DNA of 64,000 bases from Paraspadella gotoi (GCA_051294375.1 CM119264.1:25360051-25424050); one strand, 5' to 3'; numbered from the stretch's first letter, positions 1-16,418 are shown. Numbers and translations: made by a program. Notes: generated from the sequence alone by a model not told the origin.

Positions 1-103
1 TCATTGTCATCGTATCACTCGAATCAAAAATATATTTTTTAAAATAAATAGAGACATTAAAGGACAGGGAAAAGAGAAAAAAAATAGAGAGAGAGAGAGA
101 GAG

Positions 104-163
<60 letters not shown>

Positions 164-699
164 TGAGAGAGAGAGAGAGGAGAGAGAGGAGCGGAGAGAA
201 AAAAAAAGGGTGGGGAATTTGAGTCCTCGTAATTGAAACCGCCAAAACGAGATTTTTACCGTTCGAGCGAAGGTGCGACTGAGTTGATTGGAAGAGAGGG
301 GAGGTGTGAGATATTGGGGGCAAGTATGGGAAAGCTGTGGTTGGAAACTGTGCACTGACGTGGAGAAAGTGTGGGGCTGGTTAGGGGTTAATATGTGCAG
401 GTAAGAAAGTGTTAAGTTGGAAAAAGATGTGGTGTTCTGGGAANNNNNNNNNNNNNNNNNNNNNNNNNNNNNNNNNNNNNNNNNNNNNNNNNNNNNNNNN
501 NNNNNNNNNNNNNNNNNNNNNNNNNNNNNNNNNNNNNNNNNNNNNNNNNGGAAGGCAAGTGTTGTGTGTGATAGGAAAACGTAATAGTGGTGGGTGAAAG
601 TTTTGCCCCAAGGGAAAATAATGCGGTTGGTAAGGCCTGTAATAAATATAAATGGACCGTTAATTAATGCAGTTCGTAGGGTAAAAATGAAAGCGAACT

Positions 700-2097
700 T
701 AACGAATGTTTGCCGTCATTTATTTGCGAATTGCGGAGACAATGATCTCACTGGCGAAGGCCTATCGGCTCTTTCTGCCATCAATAGCTGAATTGGAAAG
801 TCGCTGTAGAATAGAAAGTCGTTTTGACCGTTCTAAAATTCCTGGCGTGCTTTTTACAACATTTAATTAGCAATCAATGCTTTTACATTTTTTTTTAAGT
901 CAGTGAGTTAAGGTAGAAAACATTAACAAATAACAATACAGTAAATCTGAGTAACATTAAAAAAAAGTTTCGGTATAGAAATATATCTTTACCTTTAAGC
1001 TTAATAAGCTTTTCCCCACCACCCCCCATCCCCATTTCCCCAAACCGGAATCCCCAAACCCGGTCCCCAGCCCTAACGTATCGACTGTCACTCCAACTCT
1101 GGAAAAGTTCGCCTCTTGATCCTGATGAATGGGCGACCCCGACCGAATTTCTGGCGACACGAGCGCCGCTTCTTGGCGTGAGAAGAGGGGGGGGGAGAGG
1201 GGGTTTGGACGTGGTGACGGGGGGTTGGAGGGAGGCAGGAGGAGCGAAGTGAGGGGGTAGAAGATGAAAAACACTGAGTAAAACGTAGTTTTTGGTGAAA
1301 ATGGGAGAGTAAGGCGGAGCCCAAAGCTAAGATTAGATGTTTCCGGTGCCCTGCCGCAGCTGCTGCTGAGAAGTCATCGGCCAACTCCGCTGCCGAGAGC
1401 AAGCAGCGACGGACGCTGTCGCTGCAGCTGCAGCAGTCGCCCGCTGTCGGCGATGCCGCGATTTACACCTCAAGATGCCGGCGTTGATTGAAGGACAAAA
1501 TGTCGAAAGAAACAATTAAACCCTCTCGATGAGAGGAGAGGGAGGAAAAAGAAAAAAAAAAAGGAAAGGGGAAAAAGAAAGAAAAGGGACCGGGAAAAGG
1601 CGGAAAAAGAAAAAATAGATAGGAAAATAGGTAAGAGAATAGAGAGAGGTTGAAACAAGGGAAGATAATTGAGGGAGGAATCATTAAAAGAGAAGTATAA
1701 CGAAATAAGAAAAAGAGTGGGAGGAAGAAGGAAGGGCGTAGAAAAAAAAAGTCCAAGGGAAAAATAAACAAAACACAATACAATAAAAAATGCTTAACAA
1801 TTGAAAATAGAGACGCCTTGCTCTCCATCGAACGGTACGGGACGTCTACGAATGGAGAAGCGTAACTTTCGATTCGACGTTTGCAAGAAGAGATGGCGAC
1901 GAAAAAAAAGAAATAAAAAGCCAAGAAATAAGCATTAAAAGAAAAGAAAAAAAGGAAAAAAAAAAAAAGAAAGAAAGGATCGACGGGCGGAAAATGGGCG
2001 AAGCGACGGATTCGACGAAAGAGGAAACGTGGAAGGCGGACTGGAATCCGGCAATGTATTCGAACGGAAAATTTTCGTCTGTGTGTGTGAGAAGAGA

Positions 2098-2154
<57 letters not shown>

Positions 2155-2194
2155 GAGAGAGAGGAGAGAGAGCGAGAGAGAGAGAGAGGGAGAG

Positions 2195-2266
<72 letters not shown>

Positions 2267-3844
2267 CGAAGAAAGACAGAGAGAGAGGGAGAGATAAAGA
2301 ATCTGTCTTTGAGATCACGAACACAGATGCTTGCTTTAATTGTAGCGGCGACAATAACGATTTGATCGATGCGTCGACAAATCATGATTGTCATTGATAC
2401 TTGGTAAATGTTCATTGTCGGTTTGTTTATGTATATTCATAATCGTTCTTTTGAAAGGGCGAGCGAGAGGCAACCAGCCGATCGAACCCTAAAAAACCTC
2501 AGTTCCCCCAAAAAAGACAAATGTACAACGGTCGCTTTTTCGGCTGAAGCCCAATAATTAATGGAAGTCTTCAACTGCAGTCAGCGTGAACCCGCCGCTT
2601 AAGCAGTTATCGATTTAAGAGGCTTTTGGCGGCGAGCGAATTCAGCGTCGCATCTGTCGCCGCGAGATGACAAGATGCGGGTCGGCGAAGGAGTGCGCTG
2701 CGAGAAAGATTAATCGAAGGATGACTCGGAATAAAGGGACAAACGGACGAAGGAGAAGAGATTTCATGAATCTTGTCGGATTTTCAGGGGATTTAGTCAG
2801 TTTGATTGATTGATTCGAATTATTGATCGAAATGATGATGATTGATTGATCGATTCCACGTTGAAGAAAAAGCAGTGGCCTCAGTATCACGTCCAAAGGT
2901 TTTTGCTTCCCTGGTCCAAAAATTGTGTTCAACGTAAATAAATGGACGAAAAAGGAACAAAAATGTCCATGGTTCTATAATTTCCGTTTCTTAAATATAT
3001 ATATATTTATATATATATATATTTAAAAGGGGATCTCGAAAGGATTCCGAGCCCGTCAAAGACCAAAGGCGGACGAAGCGGGCGAAGAAAAAAGATTCAG
3101 TTCGTAATAAATCTGAGAGCAAAAGACTCCACGTAGAAAAGAGAAAGACCTACCATGCTGCAAAGGTGAGAAAAAGAAAGAAAAAAACGAGAAGCGAGCG
3201 AGTAAGGAAGGGAAGCCCTTACCTATTTAGGCGAACCAACCTCCTGTCTTACAACCCCAACCACGCAGTCTAAGCCTTCCTTGCCCTTCGACTCCGGAAG
3301 CCTACATGCAACGGCTATTCTCTCTCTCTTCTCTACATCATCTCTCTCTCATCTCTCTCTCATCTTCTCACTCTCTCTCTCTCTCTCTCTCTTCTATCTC
3401 TCTTCTCTCTCTCTCTCTCTCTCAGACTGCACGGTAGCGCTTCTCGCGTCTTTTTTTCCCATTTTCTCTTCTGACATTCAACCCCCCTTCTTATAAAACG
3501 GGTCCTCTTTTTATGCTAGTCATTGGAAGAACAAAGGCATAACAACTGATTGATGGCATGAGGCTTGTTGACAGAACTGTTCTCGTCGTCGTTGTCGTCT
3601 TTCGTCGTCGCACGTCGTTGTCGTCGTCTTCTACAGGTAGCCATCCTTCTCACATTGTCATTTTTTTTCACCTGGCGCCACCAGCGTCCCACCATCGTCA
3701 CCCGCCGCCGCCGCGACTTCGAGCCGGCCGCGAAAGGCGGAGACGCGTTAGCTATTGAACACGTGACAGTTGCCAGGCAACGGAGAAACGCGAGCGCGGA
3801 GCTCGCCGTTGCCAAGAGACCGCCTCCCCAGAACCGGCGCGGAG

Positions 3845-3878
<34 letters not shown>

Positions 3879-3879
3879 C

Positions 3880-3923
<44 letters not shown>

Positions 3924-4737
3924 CGCTAAAAATCTCTGGGGGAGAAATCGTTGCGGATTATAGTTGAACGACGCAAAGTCTTGTGGAGTGCGTCGAAATT
4001 AAGAGACGCGGAAGTTGGAAATTGAGAGAGGGTAGCCGCCGGTGGGAACGCGGCGTCGTTTGGATTGAACGGCAGCGACATCTTTCGAGGAGCGTCGTAC
4101 TGCAACATGAGTAGGCAGCTTGAAATAACACGCGAGCTATTTTGGCGAAATAGCGTCAATCAATTTTTTCTTTCAAAATTATAAACGTGGAATTATGCAA
4201 TCAAAAATCGGGAGATAAATACAAGCAGATTACCCTTCAATTAAACGGAAGAAACAGAAACGACAGCAACCGTCAGAGTTGTCATCAAAGGTTGACAAAA
4301 GTCAAATCGTCGGATTTGTTGCTTCGAATTTGGGTCAGGGAAATTTTTTAAGTAGATTTCCGACTAGGGATTTCGACGCTGGTGTCAATGGAATTGGTCA
4401 GTGAAACTTGGGTTACAGGATGCGGCAGTAAGAATTTGAGAGAACAGTAATGATTGTTGTGTGTTACTGACAGAACCGTTTCAATATACGCAGTCTCAGA
4501 TTTCGGATCAGATGTTACACCGTGGAACAGGCGGGTTAGCGCCCCGTTCCTCTTAAACTGATAGGCGGACCACCGGCTAGAACCCCCGGACGTTTGGTTG
4601 GGAGGCCGATGACTATTGCCTCCTGCAATTTGAGTCCCATAAAATTTTTAGTTCGGATTTTTGCATCGATTACGGCTATGGGATTTTACTTCACGAAAAT
4701 TTTTAGCCACAAAGCTTAGACGATGACATAAGTTGCA
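700..4737 (-). other. Unidentified multi-exon gene(s); product not recognised
   Basis: GC-rich exon-like blocks alternate with pyrimidine/(CT)n intron-like tracts on the minus strand and show AG/GT boundaries. Examples: cag|..DENFPFEYIAGFQSAFHVSSFVESVASP near 2078-1980; ..IYTTESFSSPASSPLVFDGL|gt in the copy near 6352-6292; ..DFPIQLLMAERADRPSPVRSLSPQFANK* near 803-715. Indels between the copies prevent a single frame. Confidence 0.35.
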
Positions 4738-4762
4738 NNNNNNNNNNNNNNNNNNNNNNNNN

Positions 4763-5419
4763 CCGACGCAGCAGCGACGGACGCTGTCGCTGCAGCTGCA
4801 GCAGTCGCCGCTGTCGGCGATGCCGATTTACACCTCAAGATGCCGGCGTTGATTGAAGGACAAATGTCGAAACATTAAACCCTCTCGATGAGAGGGAGAG
4901 GGAGGAAAAGAGGAGGGAGAAGAGACGGAGGGAGGAATAGATAGGAAAATAGGGTAGAGGAATAGAGAGAGGTAGAAAACAAGGGAAGATATTGAGGGAG
5001 GAATGATTAAAAGAGAAGTATAACAGAAATAGAAAAGAGTGGGAGGAAGAAGGAAGGGCGTAGAAAAAAAAAGTCCAAGGGAAAATAAACAAAACAAATA
5101 CAATAAAAAAAATGCTTAACAGATTGAAATGAGAGACGCCTTGCTCTCTCGAAACGGTAGGGACGTCTACGAATGGAGAAGCGTAACTTTCGATTCGACG
5201 TTTGCAAGAAGCAGATGGCGACGAAAAAAAAGAAATTAAAAAAGCAAGAAATAAGCATTAAAAGAAAAGAAAAAAGGAAAAAAAAAAAAAGAAAGAAAGG
5301 ATCGACGGGCGGAAAATGGGCGAAGCGACGGATTCGACGAAAGAGGAAACGTGGAAGGCGGACTGGAATCCGGCAATGTATTCGAACGGAAAATTTTCGT
5401 CTGTGTGTGTGAGAAGAGA

Positions 5420-5476
<57 letters not shown>

Positions 5477-6223
5477 GAGAGAGAGGAGAGAGAGCGAGAG
5501 AGAGAGAGAGGGAGAGAGAGAGAGAGAGAGAGAAAGAATCTGGTTTGAGATCACGATACCACAGATGCTTGCTTTAATTGTAGCGGCGACATACACGATT
5601 TGATCGATGCGTCGACAATCATGATTGTCATTGATACTTGGTAATTGTTCAATTGTCGATGTATATTGCATAATCGTTCTTTTGAAAGGGCGAGCGAGAG
5701 GCAACCAGCGCATCGAACCCTAAAACTCAGTTTCCCCCAAAAAAAGACAAATGTACAACGGTCGCTTTTTCCGGCTGAAGCCCAATAATTAATGGAAGTC
5801 TTCAACTCAGTCACTGAACGCCGCCGCTTAAGCAGTTATCGATTTAAGAGGCTTTTGGCGGCGAGCGAATTCACGGCATCTGTCGCCGCGAGATGACAGA
5901 TGCGGGTCGGCGAAGGAGATGCGCTGCGAGAAGATTAATCGAAGGATGGACTCGGAATAAAGGGACAAACGGACAGAAGGAGAAGAGATTTTCATGAATC
6001 TTGTCGGATTTTCAGAGGATTTAGTCGGTTGATTGATTGATTGAATTATTGATCGAAGGATTGAATGATTGATTGATTGATTCCATGTTGAGAAAAAAGC
6101 AGTGGCCTCAGTATCACGTCCAAGGTTTTTGCTTCCCTGGTGCCAAAATTGTGTCAACGTAGAATAAATGGAAACCGAAAAAAAAAGAACAAAAATCGTC
6201 CATGGTTTCTATAATTCGTTTTC

Positions 6224-6267
<44 letters not shown>

Positions 6268-6428
6268 AAAAAGGGGATCTCGAAAGATTAACCGAGCCCG
6301 TCAAAGACCAAAGGCGACGAAGCGGGCGAAGAAAAAGATTCAGTCGTATAAATCTGAGAGCAAAACGCCTCACGTAGAAAAGAGAAAGACCTACATCTGC
6401 AAAGGTGAGAAAAAAGAAAGAAAAAAAA
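4763..6428 (+). repeat. Direct near-copy of about 1399-3187, probably an assembly duplicate
   Basis: Collinear with 1399-3187 and differs mostly by 1-nt indels. Flanked on both sides by 25-N gaps (4738-4762, 6429-6453). Confidence 0.85.
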
Positions 6429-6453
6429 NNNNNNNNNNNNNNNNNNNNNNNNN

Positions 6454-9400
6454 TATATAGAAGGGGGGTTGAATTGTCGAGAAGAGACAAAGGGGAAAAA
6501 AGACGGAGATGCGCTACCTGAGATCAGAGAGAGAGATGAGTTAGATGAGAGAGAGTGAGAACGAGAGAGAAACGAGAGAAGAAAGCGTTTGACATATGTA
6601 GGAGGTGTTCCGAGTCGAAGAAGGGGGGAAGGAAAGGTCTTAAAACGGTGGTTGGGGGTGTAGACAGGGAGGTGTGGGTTGTTCGCTAAATGGTAGGGTT
6701 CTTCCTTATCGCTCGCTTCTCAGTTTTTTTATTCTTTCTTTTTTCTACCATTTTGGCAGATGTGGTCTTTCTCTTTTCTAGTAGTGCGTTTTTTTGGGTC
6801 TACAGCCATTATATAAAGTAGCGACTGAATGCTTTTTTCCTTCGCTCGATATCGTCGCCTTCTGGTGCTTTGAACCTGGCTCGTTAATCTTTCGGGATAG
6901 ATCTCCCTTTTTTAATATATATTTTATTTATTTATCATATCATAAAGGGTGAATCGAACAAGTCACTGGATTTCGAGGCTTTGAGCAACCTTAAGGTCAA
7001 CTGAACTTCTGATATTCTATATCTCTGTATTTATGATCTACGCAACTTTAAAAATTTTTGTTTATTTCTATTAGCAAAGTATTATTTGACCTCTGAAGAT
7101 GGATCATGTGAAATACTGTTTGTTATTATGTTTCAGACTGTTTACTATTTGGAAATTGTTAATGAATTTAATCAGTTGTGTCTTATGCACACTTGCGAAT
7201 ACTCATCAAATACATTTTAATATTTCTATCTCACGGTTGTTTTTATTAAATCATCCAAATGTATCAATAACATTAATAAATGGATGTATGAAACTCGAGT
7301 TAAAGTATAATAATAATTGAATTAAATATTTTTAATATTCTTTGCCATACTTTTTATCCACAAATACCTATGGAGTAAGAATACAACAGTTTGAGTTGTC
7401 GTTCTGCTTTCTCTGTGTCTGTTCAGCAATCAATTACTATCATATTGATGGCACAATTAGTCTATAACATTCGCTGTGTAAGACTTTCGTCGCCATGTTA
7501 GCTGGCTGCAAATAGGTCAATCCATACATTACTAATTTATAACTTTTACTATATTATATATTATATATATCTTTTAGAAACGAATTATAGAAACATGGAC
7601 GATTTTTTGTTCCCTTTTTTTTCCGCTCTCCCATTATTCTAGTTGACCACAATTTTGGCTACAGGGAAGCAAAACTTAGAGACGTTGATACTATGGGCAG
7701 CTCCACATGCCTTTTTCTCAACGTGGAATCATAATTCAATCAATTCAATTCTCCTTCGATCAATAATTCAATCATACTCAACTAACTGACTAAATCCTGA
7801 AATCCGACAAGATACATGGGAATCTATCTTTCTTTCTGGGTCGTTTGTCCACCTTTTATTCCGAGTCATCCTTCGATTAATTTCGCAGTCGCATTCCTCC
7901 TTCGCGACCGCTCTGTATCATCGCCAGCGACAGATTGCCGGTGAGTTGTGCCATCTGCCGCAAAGCCTCCTAAAATCGATAACTGCTTAATGCGGGTTCT
8001 GTTCAGCTGACTGAGTAAGACTTCATTAATTATTAGAGAGCTTCAGAACGGTAAAAAAAGTGACGCGTTGTCCAATTTTGTCTTTTTTTGGGGAAACTGA
8101 GTTTTAGAGTTCGATGGGCTGTGTTGCCTCTCTGTTCCGCCTCTCAAAAAAGAAAGATTATGGAATATGCATTGAAATTGAGACAATATACGCTAGTAGA
8201 ATGGACATATCATGATTTGTCGAAGCCATCGATCAAACGTGTATTGTCTGCCGTCTACAATTATAGCAAGCATCTGTTGGTATCGTGATCCTCACAAAAC
8301 AGATTCTCAGTCTCTTCTCTCTCATCTCTTGTCATATTTTTCGCCTTCTAATAGTCTCGTCATCTTCTCTTCGTCTGCTCTCTCTCATCATGTTTGATTC
8401 ACACCCGACACTCATATTTTCGTCTCGATTAATTGTCGGATTTCTCATGTTCCGCCCTTTCCACAGATTTCTCTTTCGTCGAATCCGTCGTCCGCCATAT
8501 TTTCGCGTCCCGTCGATCCTTATCTTTCTTTTTGTTTTTTTTTTCTATTTCATCTTTTTCTTTTTTTTTAATGTTCTTATTTCTTTGCTTTTTAATTCAT
8601 ATTTTATTTTGTCGTGCCATCTGCTTCTTGCAACGTCGAATCGAAAAGTCTACGTTCTCCATTCGTAGACCGTCCCTACCGTTTCGAGAAGGCAACGGCG
8701 TTCTCATTTTTCAATCTGTTATGTCATTTTTTTTTTGTATTTGTTTTTGTTTTATTTTCCCTGGACCAGATTTTTTCTAGCGCTTTCTTCATTCTCACTT
8801 GTTCTATTTCTGTTATACTTCTCTTTTAATCTATTCCTTCCCTCAATATCTTCCCTCTTGTTTTCTTTATTCTCTCTCTCTATTTCCTCTACCCCTATTC
8901 TTCACTATCTAATTGCTTAGTGCTCTCCGTCTCATTTTCTACCCTCTCTTCTTTTCCTCCCTCTCTCTTCCCTCAAACGTCATTGATGAGTGAGGGTTTA
9001 ATGTTTCGACATTTGTCCATTCAACTCATACGCGGCTATCTTGAGGTGTAACTCGGCAATCGCGACGTTCGGCGACTGCTGACAGTGCAGCGAACAGGGT
9101 TCCGTTCGCTGCTGGGCGTCGGCGGCGGAGTTTGCGATGGACGTCAGAGCACTGCGGAGCGGTCGAGTTACTTGGTTCGTACGCGAATAAGTATAACTTT
9201 TGGCGTTTGGTCTCCGCCTTCCTTCTCATCCAATTATCACCAACAACTTACGTTTTTACTTCGGTTCCAGATATATATATCATACTTCTATATCCGCTCA
9301 TTCCTCCTCTACCTTCACATCCTTTTCTCCCAAAACCAAGTCTAATTGAAGTCAATACTCCCTTTCTCCCCTCTGTAAGAAATAGAAAGAATGGGCGGCG

Positions 9401-10690
9401 GCTCGTGTGCAGAAAATCTTTAGGCTTTTTCGCCATTTTATCCAAGAGAAAAGATAGAGGCGTACTTTTTTCAGATGTATGGAGGTGCATTCGTCGTTAT
9501 GGTGTTTCTGGGGACCCGGGGTTTGGGGATTCCGGCAGAATATTATAGAGGGAAATGGGGATTTTGGAGGGATGTGGGAAAAGCTTATTAAGCTTAAAGT
9601 AAAGATATCACATTTATCTAGCTTCGAACTTTTTTTTTTAATTTGTTAACTCCAGATTTACTGTAATTGTTCTATTTGTTAATGTTTTCTAACTTAAACT
9701 GCATAACTAGACTTAAGAAACACAATGATATAAACGTCATTGATTTGCTAATTCTAAATGATTGATAAACAGGCACAGGGCAGGTAATATTAAGAGCGGT
9801 CAAAAACCGACTTTTCAATTTCTACAATACAGGAACTTTTTCCAATTAGCTTATTGATCCAAGTATCATACTTTTTCCAAAGTAATGCATACTTTTGGCT
9901 GAAATAGAGCCGATAGGCCCTTCGCTCACGTTGGATCATTGTCTCCAAGAATTCGAAGATAATAAAATTGAAACGGCAAATTCGTTGAAGTATTCGTTTA
10001 CACTTTTACTTTACGAATCTGCATATTTTTATTATAACGGTCCCAATTTATATTTATTATCACTTACAGAATGTATTCACAACTCGCATTGTTTCCTTGG
10101 TTGCATAAAACTTTCACACCACTTATTAAACGTTTCTCTATCACACTACAACCACTTGCCTTTCCAAACACCACATCCTTTTCCTCAACTTACTCACTTT
10201 TTTACATTAATATTACTCTAGACCACACCAACCTCTCGCTGAGTCGCAAGTTTCCAGACACGTTATCCCTTCAATCATACTTCATTTACATATATCCCCA
10301 CATTCCAAAGTATCATACTTTTTTGCCATAAGTAATGCATACTTTCCAAATATCATATTTTTCCGAAAGTATGCATACTTTTCCACCGTCAGTCATGTCT
10401 TTCAATCCAACTAGTCGTCAACGTTTTCCTTCTCTCGACGCGTAATCCTCGTTTGGGAAGTTTCATATTACCGTGGAAACTTGCAACATATAACCTAACC
10501 CTTTTTTATTTTTCTCATTCGCTTTTCTCTTCTCCTCTCTTCTCTCTCCAAAGATATTTCTCTCTGCTTCTCTCTCACTCAATCTCTCTCTATCTCTTCC
10601 TCACTCCTCTTCTCTCTCTCCTTTTATTTTTGTCTTCTTTTTCCTTTCTCTTTGTCTTAAATTTACTTTAAAAATAATCTTTTGATTCCG
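6454..10690 (-). repeat. Inverted, very noisy copy of about 20-3500
   Basis: Reverse-complement matches: 8600-8700 vs 1810-1900, 7790-8000 vs 2600-2800, 9890-9950 vs 735-780, and 10660-10690 vs 20-60. Insertion-dominated errors. An unrelated AT-rich block lies at about 6950-7550. Confidence 0.8.
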
Positions 10691-11906
10691 ACAATGAATA
10701 ACGATGAAGATGACGATGAGACGCCCGCTTTTTTTTCTATCTGGTCGATGTGCCTTTATGATGCGTTAAAGTGCGATTTGAACTAAATAATTGTCAATAT
10801 TGTATTTCTACACCATATTGTTTTTTTTTCGTACGATGGTAGTTTATCTTTTATAACAAATAATTTAAATTTTATTTTTACCTCTTTTTAGTTATGATTT
10901 TGCAATTTTTTTTTTTTATTTAAAGTCGATTGACTTTCTCACAACCGAAAGATGGTTAAGGGTTTTTGCCTTCTTGGCTAATTTATAACTTCTATTTTAT
11001 TAAACTGATCTTATGGTTGGCACGATAAACAGCAGGCGACTCATTCAAAGTATTTTGTAAAAATTTAATTAGCTTTACATGAAACATAGTTCCAGTGATT
11101 GGACTTAATACGGTAAACGAATGGGTCTATTAGACACATATCATTCTCTTTCCGTTGATTCAGTCTAAAACCAATCAAGATGTCGTAAGATTGTTCGCGA
11201 ACAATCAAGACGACGATACGAGCTCATAACAATGAACCGTTCTCGTCTCCCCGCCAAACTTCGGACAAATGCGGCAGATAAGACGATGTTTTCACGCGGT
11301 TTCCATGGCAACTTAGTGGGAATCTTGGCTCATTGCCTGTGATTTCGTCGAGTTTTTCCAAGCGCATCATTTCTCGTTCAATCCGGAGAAGCATTTTGTA
11401 GAGAGGAATCGTACAATAGAAGGTAATAGTACGATGATGAGATTGACTAGATGAACCATGGACCACATCGTAGAATCCAAAAGGGCTATAGGAAGTAAGT
11501 CTCGTTCATTTTATTGAAGAATGTATAGCATGCACAAATTATAATTTGCCAATGTCTTGCCCTAATGACAGGAGGACTATAAAAAGAATCTTTAAGGAAG
11601 AGCAGAGAGAGTAGAGAGGAGAAGGTTAGAGATATGAGAGAAGATTTTTATTTATCGTTCTCGCAAGATTCTCGACGGAAAGTGAATGCAGTCGCACTAC
11701 ATTTCTTTCTGATTCTGCACTACAGACTTTGCATATCCTTTTTTCCGAACATATGCGATACATGGGGTATTTGAAGGAGAATGAGCTGGCGCCAGGGAAG
11801 AGAACTATCTCCGCAGTGAAGTCTGCCCGATTTGGGTAACGTATAAATTATTAATGGCCAGACTCCAAGTCTTGCATTTCACCGTTTATCTTCACGACGA
11901 TACAAT

Positions 11907-13219
<1,313 letters not shown>

Positions 13220-15189
13220 ATAACATTTAAAATTCTGGCCAATTTTAACGCTTAACATTTTTTAAGCTATACTTTCTAGAACTCTCTGTAGAAAATTCCA
13301 CGTACTCAATTGTCACTTCTAAAACAAATAATTAAGTCATTCAGACATCCAGATCACGAAATAAAATCATTTTACATATAAATCAGCAGTTGATAAATAA
13401 AATCTTCTTCGAGCAGACGACACCTGTGGAATCTGCTTTAATTGACTTTGATGGTAACATGATTTGATACAAAATTCGCGTCCGAGATCGATTTTTCGTG
13501 AAGGAAAAATTAATTTAAACTTCTCCAATCGTCTGTGATTTAAACTTGGTGAGAAATTAAAAGAGGAATCTTTAGAAATAAAAGAATTCATTACATAGCA
13601 TTTTATTTTTAGAAAATAAAAGAGATCGCTTGAAATGGCAGTTGTCAGGAATGCGCGTACACCAACAATCGCGCACGCCAGAAACTTCTACACCGAAGCC
13701 TTTTCTAAAATTAGTTATCAACCACATTCACGACGCAAGACAGAAGATTAGACGAACCGAACTCCACCTTTGACGCATTGAAACACTTTTCGGCATTGTT
13801 CCCAACTTTCCTCGAACTTTCACCCGTGTATTCAATCATTAACCCATGCCATGAAATCCAGGTATTTATGTCATATTGTCACCTGCCCGTCCCTCACACC
13901 ACATTGCACTCACACAACAGCGACAACCACGACACCCCAATATACCCACCCCTACCACCCTACCCGGTTAATTCCGCTATTCGAACCGTCTCCTTCTTAT
14001 TAATTTTTTGATTTTCTCTTGTCTTTGAGAATCGCGAAAGGACCACGAAGATTCGTCGACAAGAGACGAGGCTGGATTCATCCATCACATCCCGCGACTT
14101 GATGGACTTGGGGAAGTGAAAGATCGGTGAAAAGGAGGTATAAAATGAGTATGAGCATTGATATTTGTTCCTAGGCATCTACATGATGATATCACAGACC
14201 GATTAGCCAAAGTACTTTAAAGATTTTTCTGTCAGTTATCGCTCTGATATTTTTAAAAATGAAGAGGTAAAGATAAAATAGATCGTCAGATATAGACAAG
14301 GAAAATATTATGAGAAAGTGAGGGAGACCAGGAGAATAGAATAATAGATAAATAAAGAATTGCTAAATGATTACGAGTGAGAAATAAAGAACGAAATGTG
14401 ATATAGTGAAAGAAAAAGGCGTCGATGAAGCAATGAAAAGAATCCGAGTAAGAGGAAAAAGACGAAAATAAAGAAAATATTGAAATTTTTTCATAAATGA
14501 AAGAAAATGTACGCTAAAAGTCTTTTATTACTGAAAAGGTGAAATTTCTATAAATTGAAAAACAAACACACAACACACGCACTACTACCCACACAACACA
14601 ACAACCCAAACACACACACACACACACACACCACCAAAACAAAACACTTAAAACATATCGAAGCCAAAAAGATCTTCTCTAAGCCGGTAATTACTTTTCG
14701 ACAAAAAAAAAATAAGAAAAAGATTCAGAGGCAATCCGCTTTTTTAAACCAACGCCTACGAACATTTTAAAGTGTCAAATAACGAAAGTAAAGAAAAGAT
14801 AAAAAAAAAAAAAAGAAAAAAAAAAAAAAAAAAAGCCCGTTCAAAAATGTGACAAAGATGAAAGAAAAACAAAAAGGGCACGAAGCGGACGGGCGGCGCG
14901 TAGGGGGCGGTGGAGATGGGAGAGCGGGAACGCGAGGTGCGCCCGGCTTCAGTTCCATCAAGAACTTCCCTTCCTGACGAGCAGATTTTAGGGCTATTAA
15001 GACCGGGGATTTTTAAGGGGGGAGAGGGTGTAGGGGTGAGGATTAAGGGGAGGGAGCGGGGAAGGGAGGAAGTGGAAAGGGAAATAGAAATAGGGCAGAT
15101 TTTGGGCATTAATCAAAGAAGAGGCCGACGAGCGGGTGTGTGTGTGTTTGAGAGAGAGAGAGACGAGAGAGAGAGAGAAGAAACGAGAG

Positions 15190-15228
<39 letters not shown>

Positions 15229-15994
15229 CTTCCACCTTAAATTTACCGCGAAATTACCGCAAGGCTGATGGGCGAAAACGTAAACAAGCCAGACGAGGAA
15301 ACAAAAAAAATAGTTTTGTTAACAGAAACACATTTGAAATGAGGTAAATTCATGGAAAAAGACGAGTGTAGAAAGAAAAAAGAAAGAAGAAAAAAAAGAA
15401 GAAAGACTACGTTAAATAAAAAAAAATAAATTAGAAAAGGATAGAAAAAAATAAAGATATAAAGAGTTTTAGAAAGAATTAAGCATAAAAACAAAACAAA
15501 TAAAAACAATAAAAAAATAAACCAACATCAAACAACTAACGAACAAAAAAAACAAACCAACATCAACAACCGCCAAACAAAACAATTCGGGGCGGAAAAA
15601 AGCTACGCGCCATCAACTTAGTTTCACTCAATTTGAGAAGATTTTTATTCGCCGCAATAATTCAATTAGATACGGGTTTTGGGCGTCAGCCTTGCCTTCG
15701 TTCCTTCCGGATGTAATTGAATTAAAAAACGCGAAGGAGGACCCTTGGTCGCTCCGCAAAAAAAAATGGTAACAGGGGTTCGAGTTTGGTTTGCGGGCGA
15801 AGATCTCTCTCTTTTTNNNNNNNNNNNNNNNNNNNNNNNNNAATTACAGTATAAATGTAGTTCAATTACTGAAACGACAAAAAAATAAGAAAATGCAACA
15901 AAATAAGGGAAAACAAATAAGTAGGTCAAAATTAGGTTCAAGTCTCAAGTTTGGAACTTCGCGCAATATCTCTATAAGCACAGGATGACAGAAC

Positions 15995-16006
15995 TGCGCA
16001 CGCGCA
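15995..16006. promoter_or_regulatory. NRF1/Ewg-type site, possible promoter
   Basis: TGCGCACGCGCA is an exact match to the YGCGCAYGCGCR consensus and lies upstream of exon-like plus-strand blocks. Confidence 0.3.
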
Positions 16007-16418
16007 AACAGTGAACACGTTTAAATCTGCGTAGCCGTAGGGTGCTTCCGTGAGTGAGGTGATTCCAAGGCTCGCATGCCGAGGATAGTCGGCGTGGATC
16101 TTGCGCTTTCCACGTCATGAAGATTTGATATCGGAAAATCAAGAATTAAACAAACTGTAATTTGAATTTCTTTACCTGCGTCTACTTCCAAGTTCCAAAC
16201 ATGTCTCTCTCTCTCCTTCGTTTCTCTGGCTCTTTTCATTAGAGTCTGGCCCGAGGACCGATCTGGGTGGACCGGGGTCTTTCTCTCCTCTCTCTCGTCA
16301 TCTCTATCATCTTCTCGTGCTCTCGTCTCTCCTGTGCTCGTCGTCCCCTCTTCTCTCTCTCTGCTCTTCTCTGTCGTCTCTCTTCGTCTCTCTCTCTCCT
16401 TCGGCGTCTCACTTGCAG

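Noticed and set aside
1846-2415. RERERE and SLSLSL ORFs here and at many other places
   Set aside because: They are translations of (GA)n/(CT)n microsatellites, which lack stop codons.
11224-11466. Possible RT fragment (HRTITFYCTIPLYKMLLRI resembling YRPISL..YK)
   Set aside because: Similarity is weak, no other RT motifs are nearby, and the sequence is low quality.
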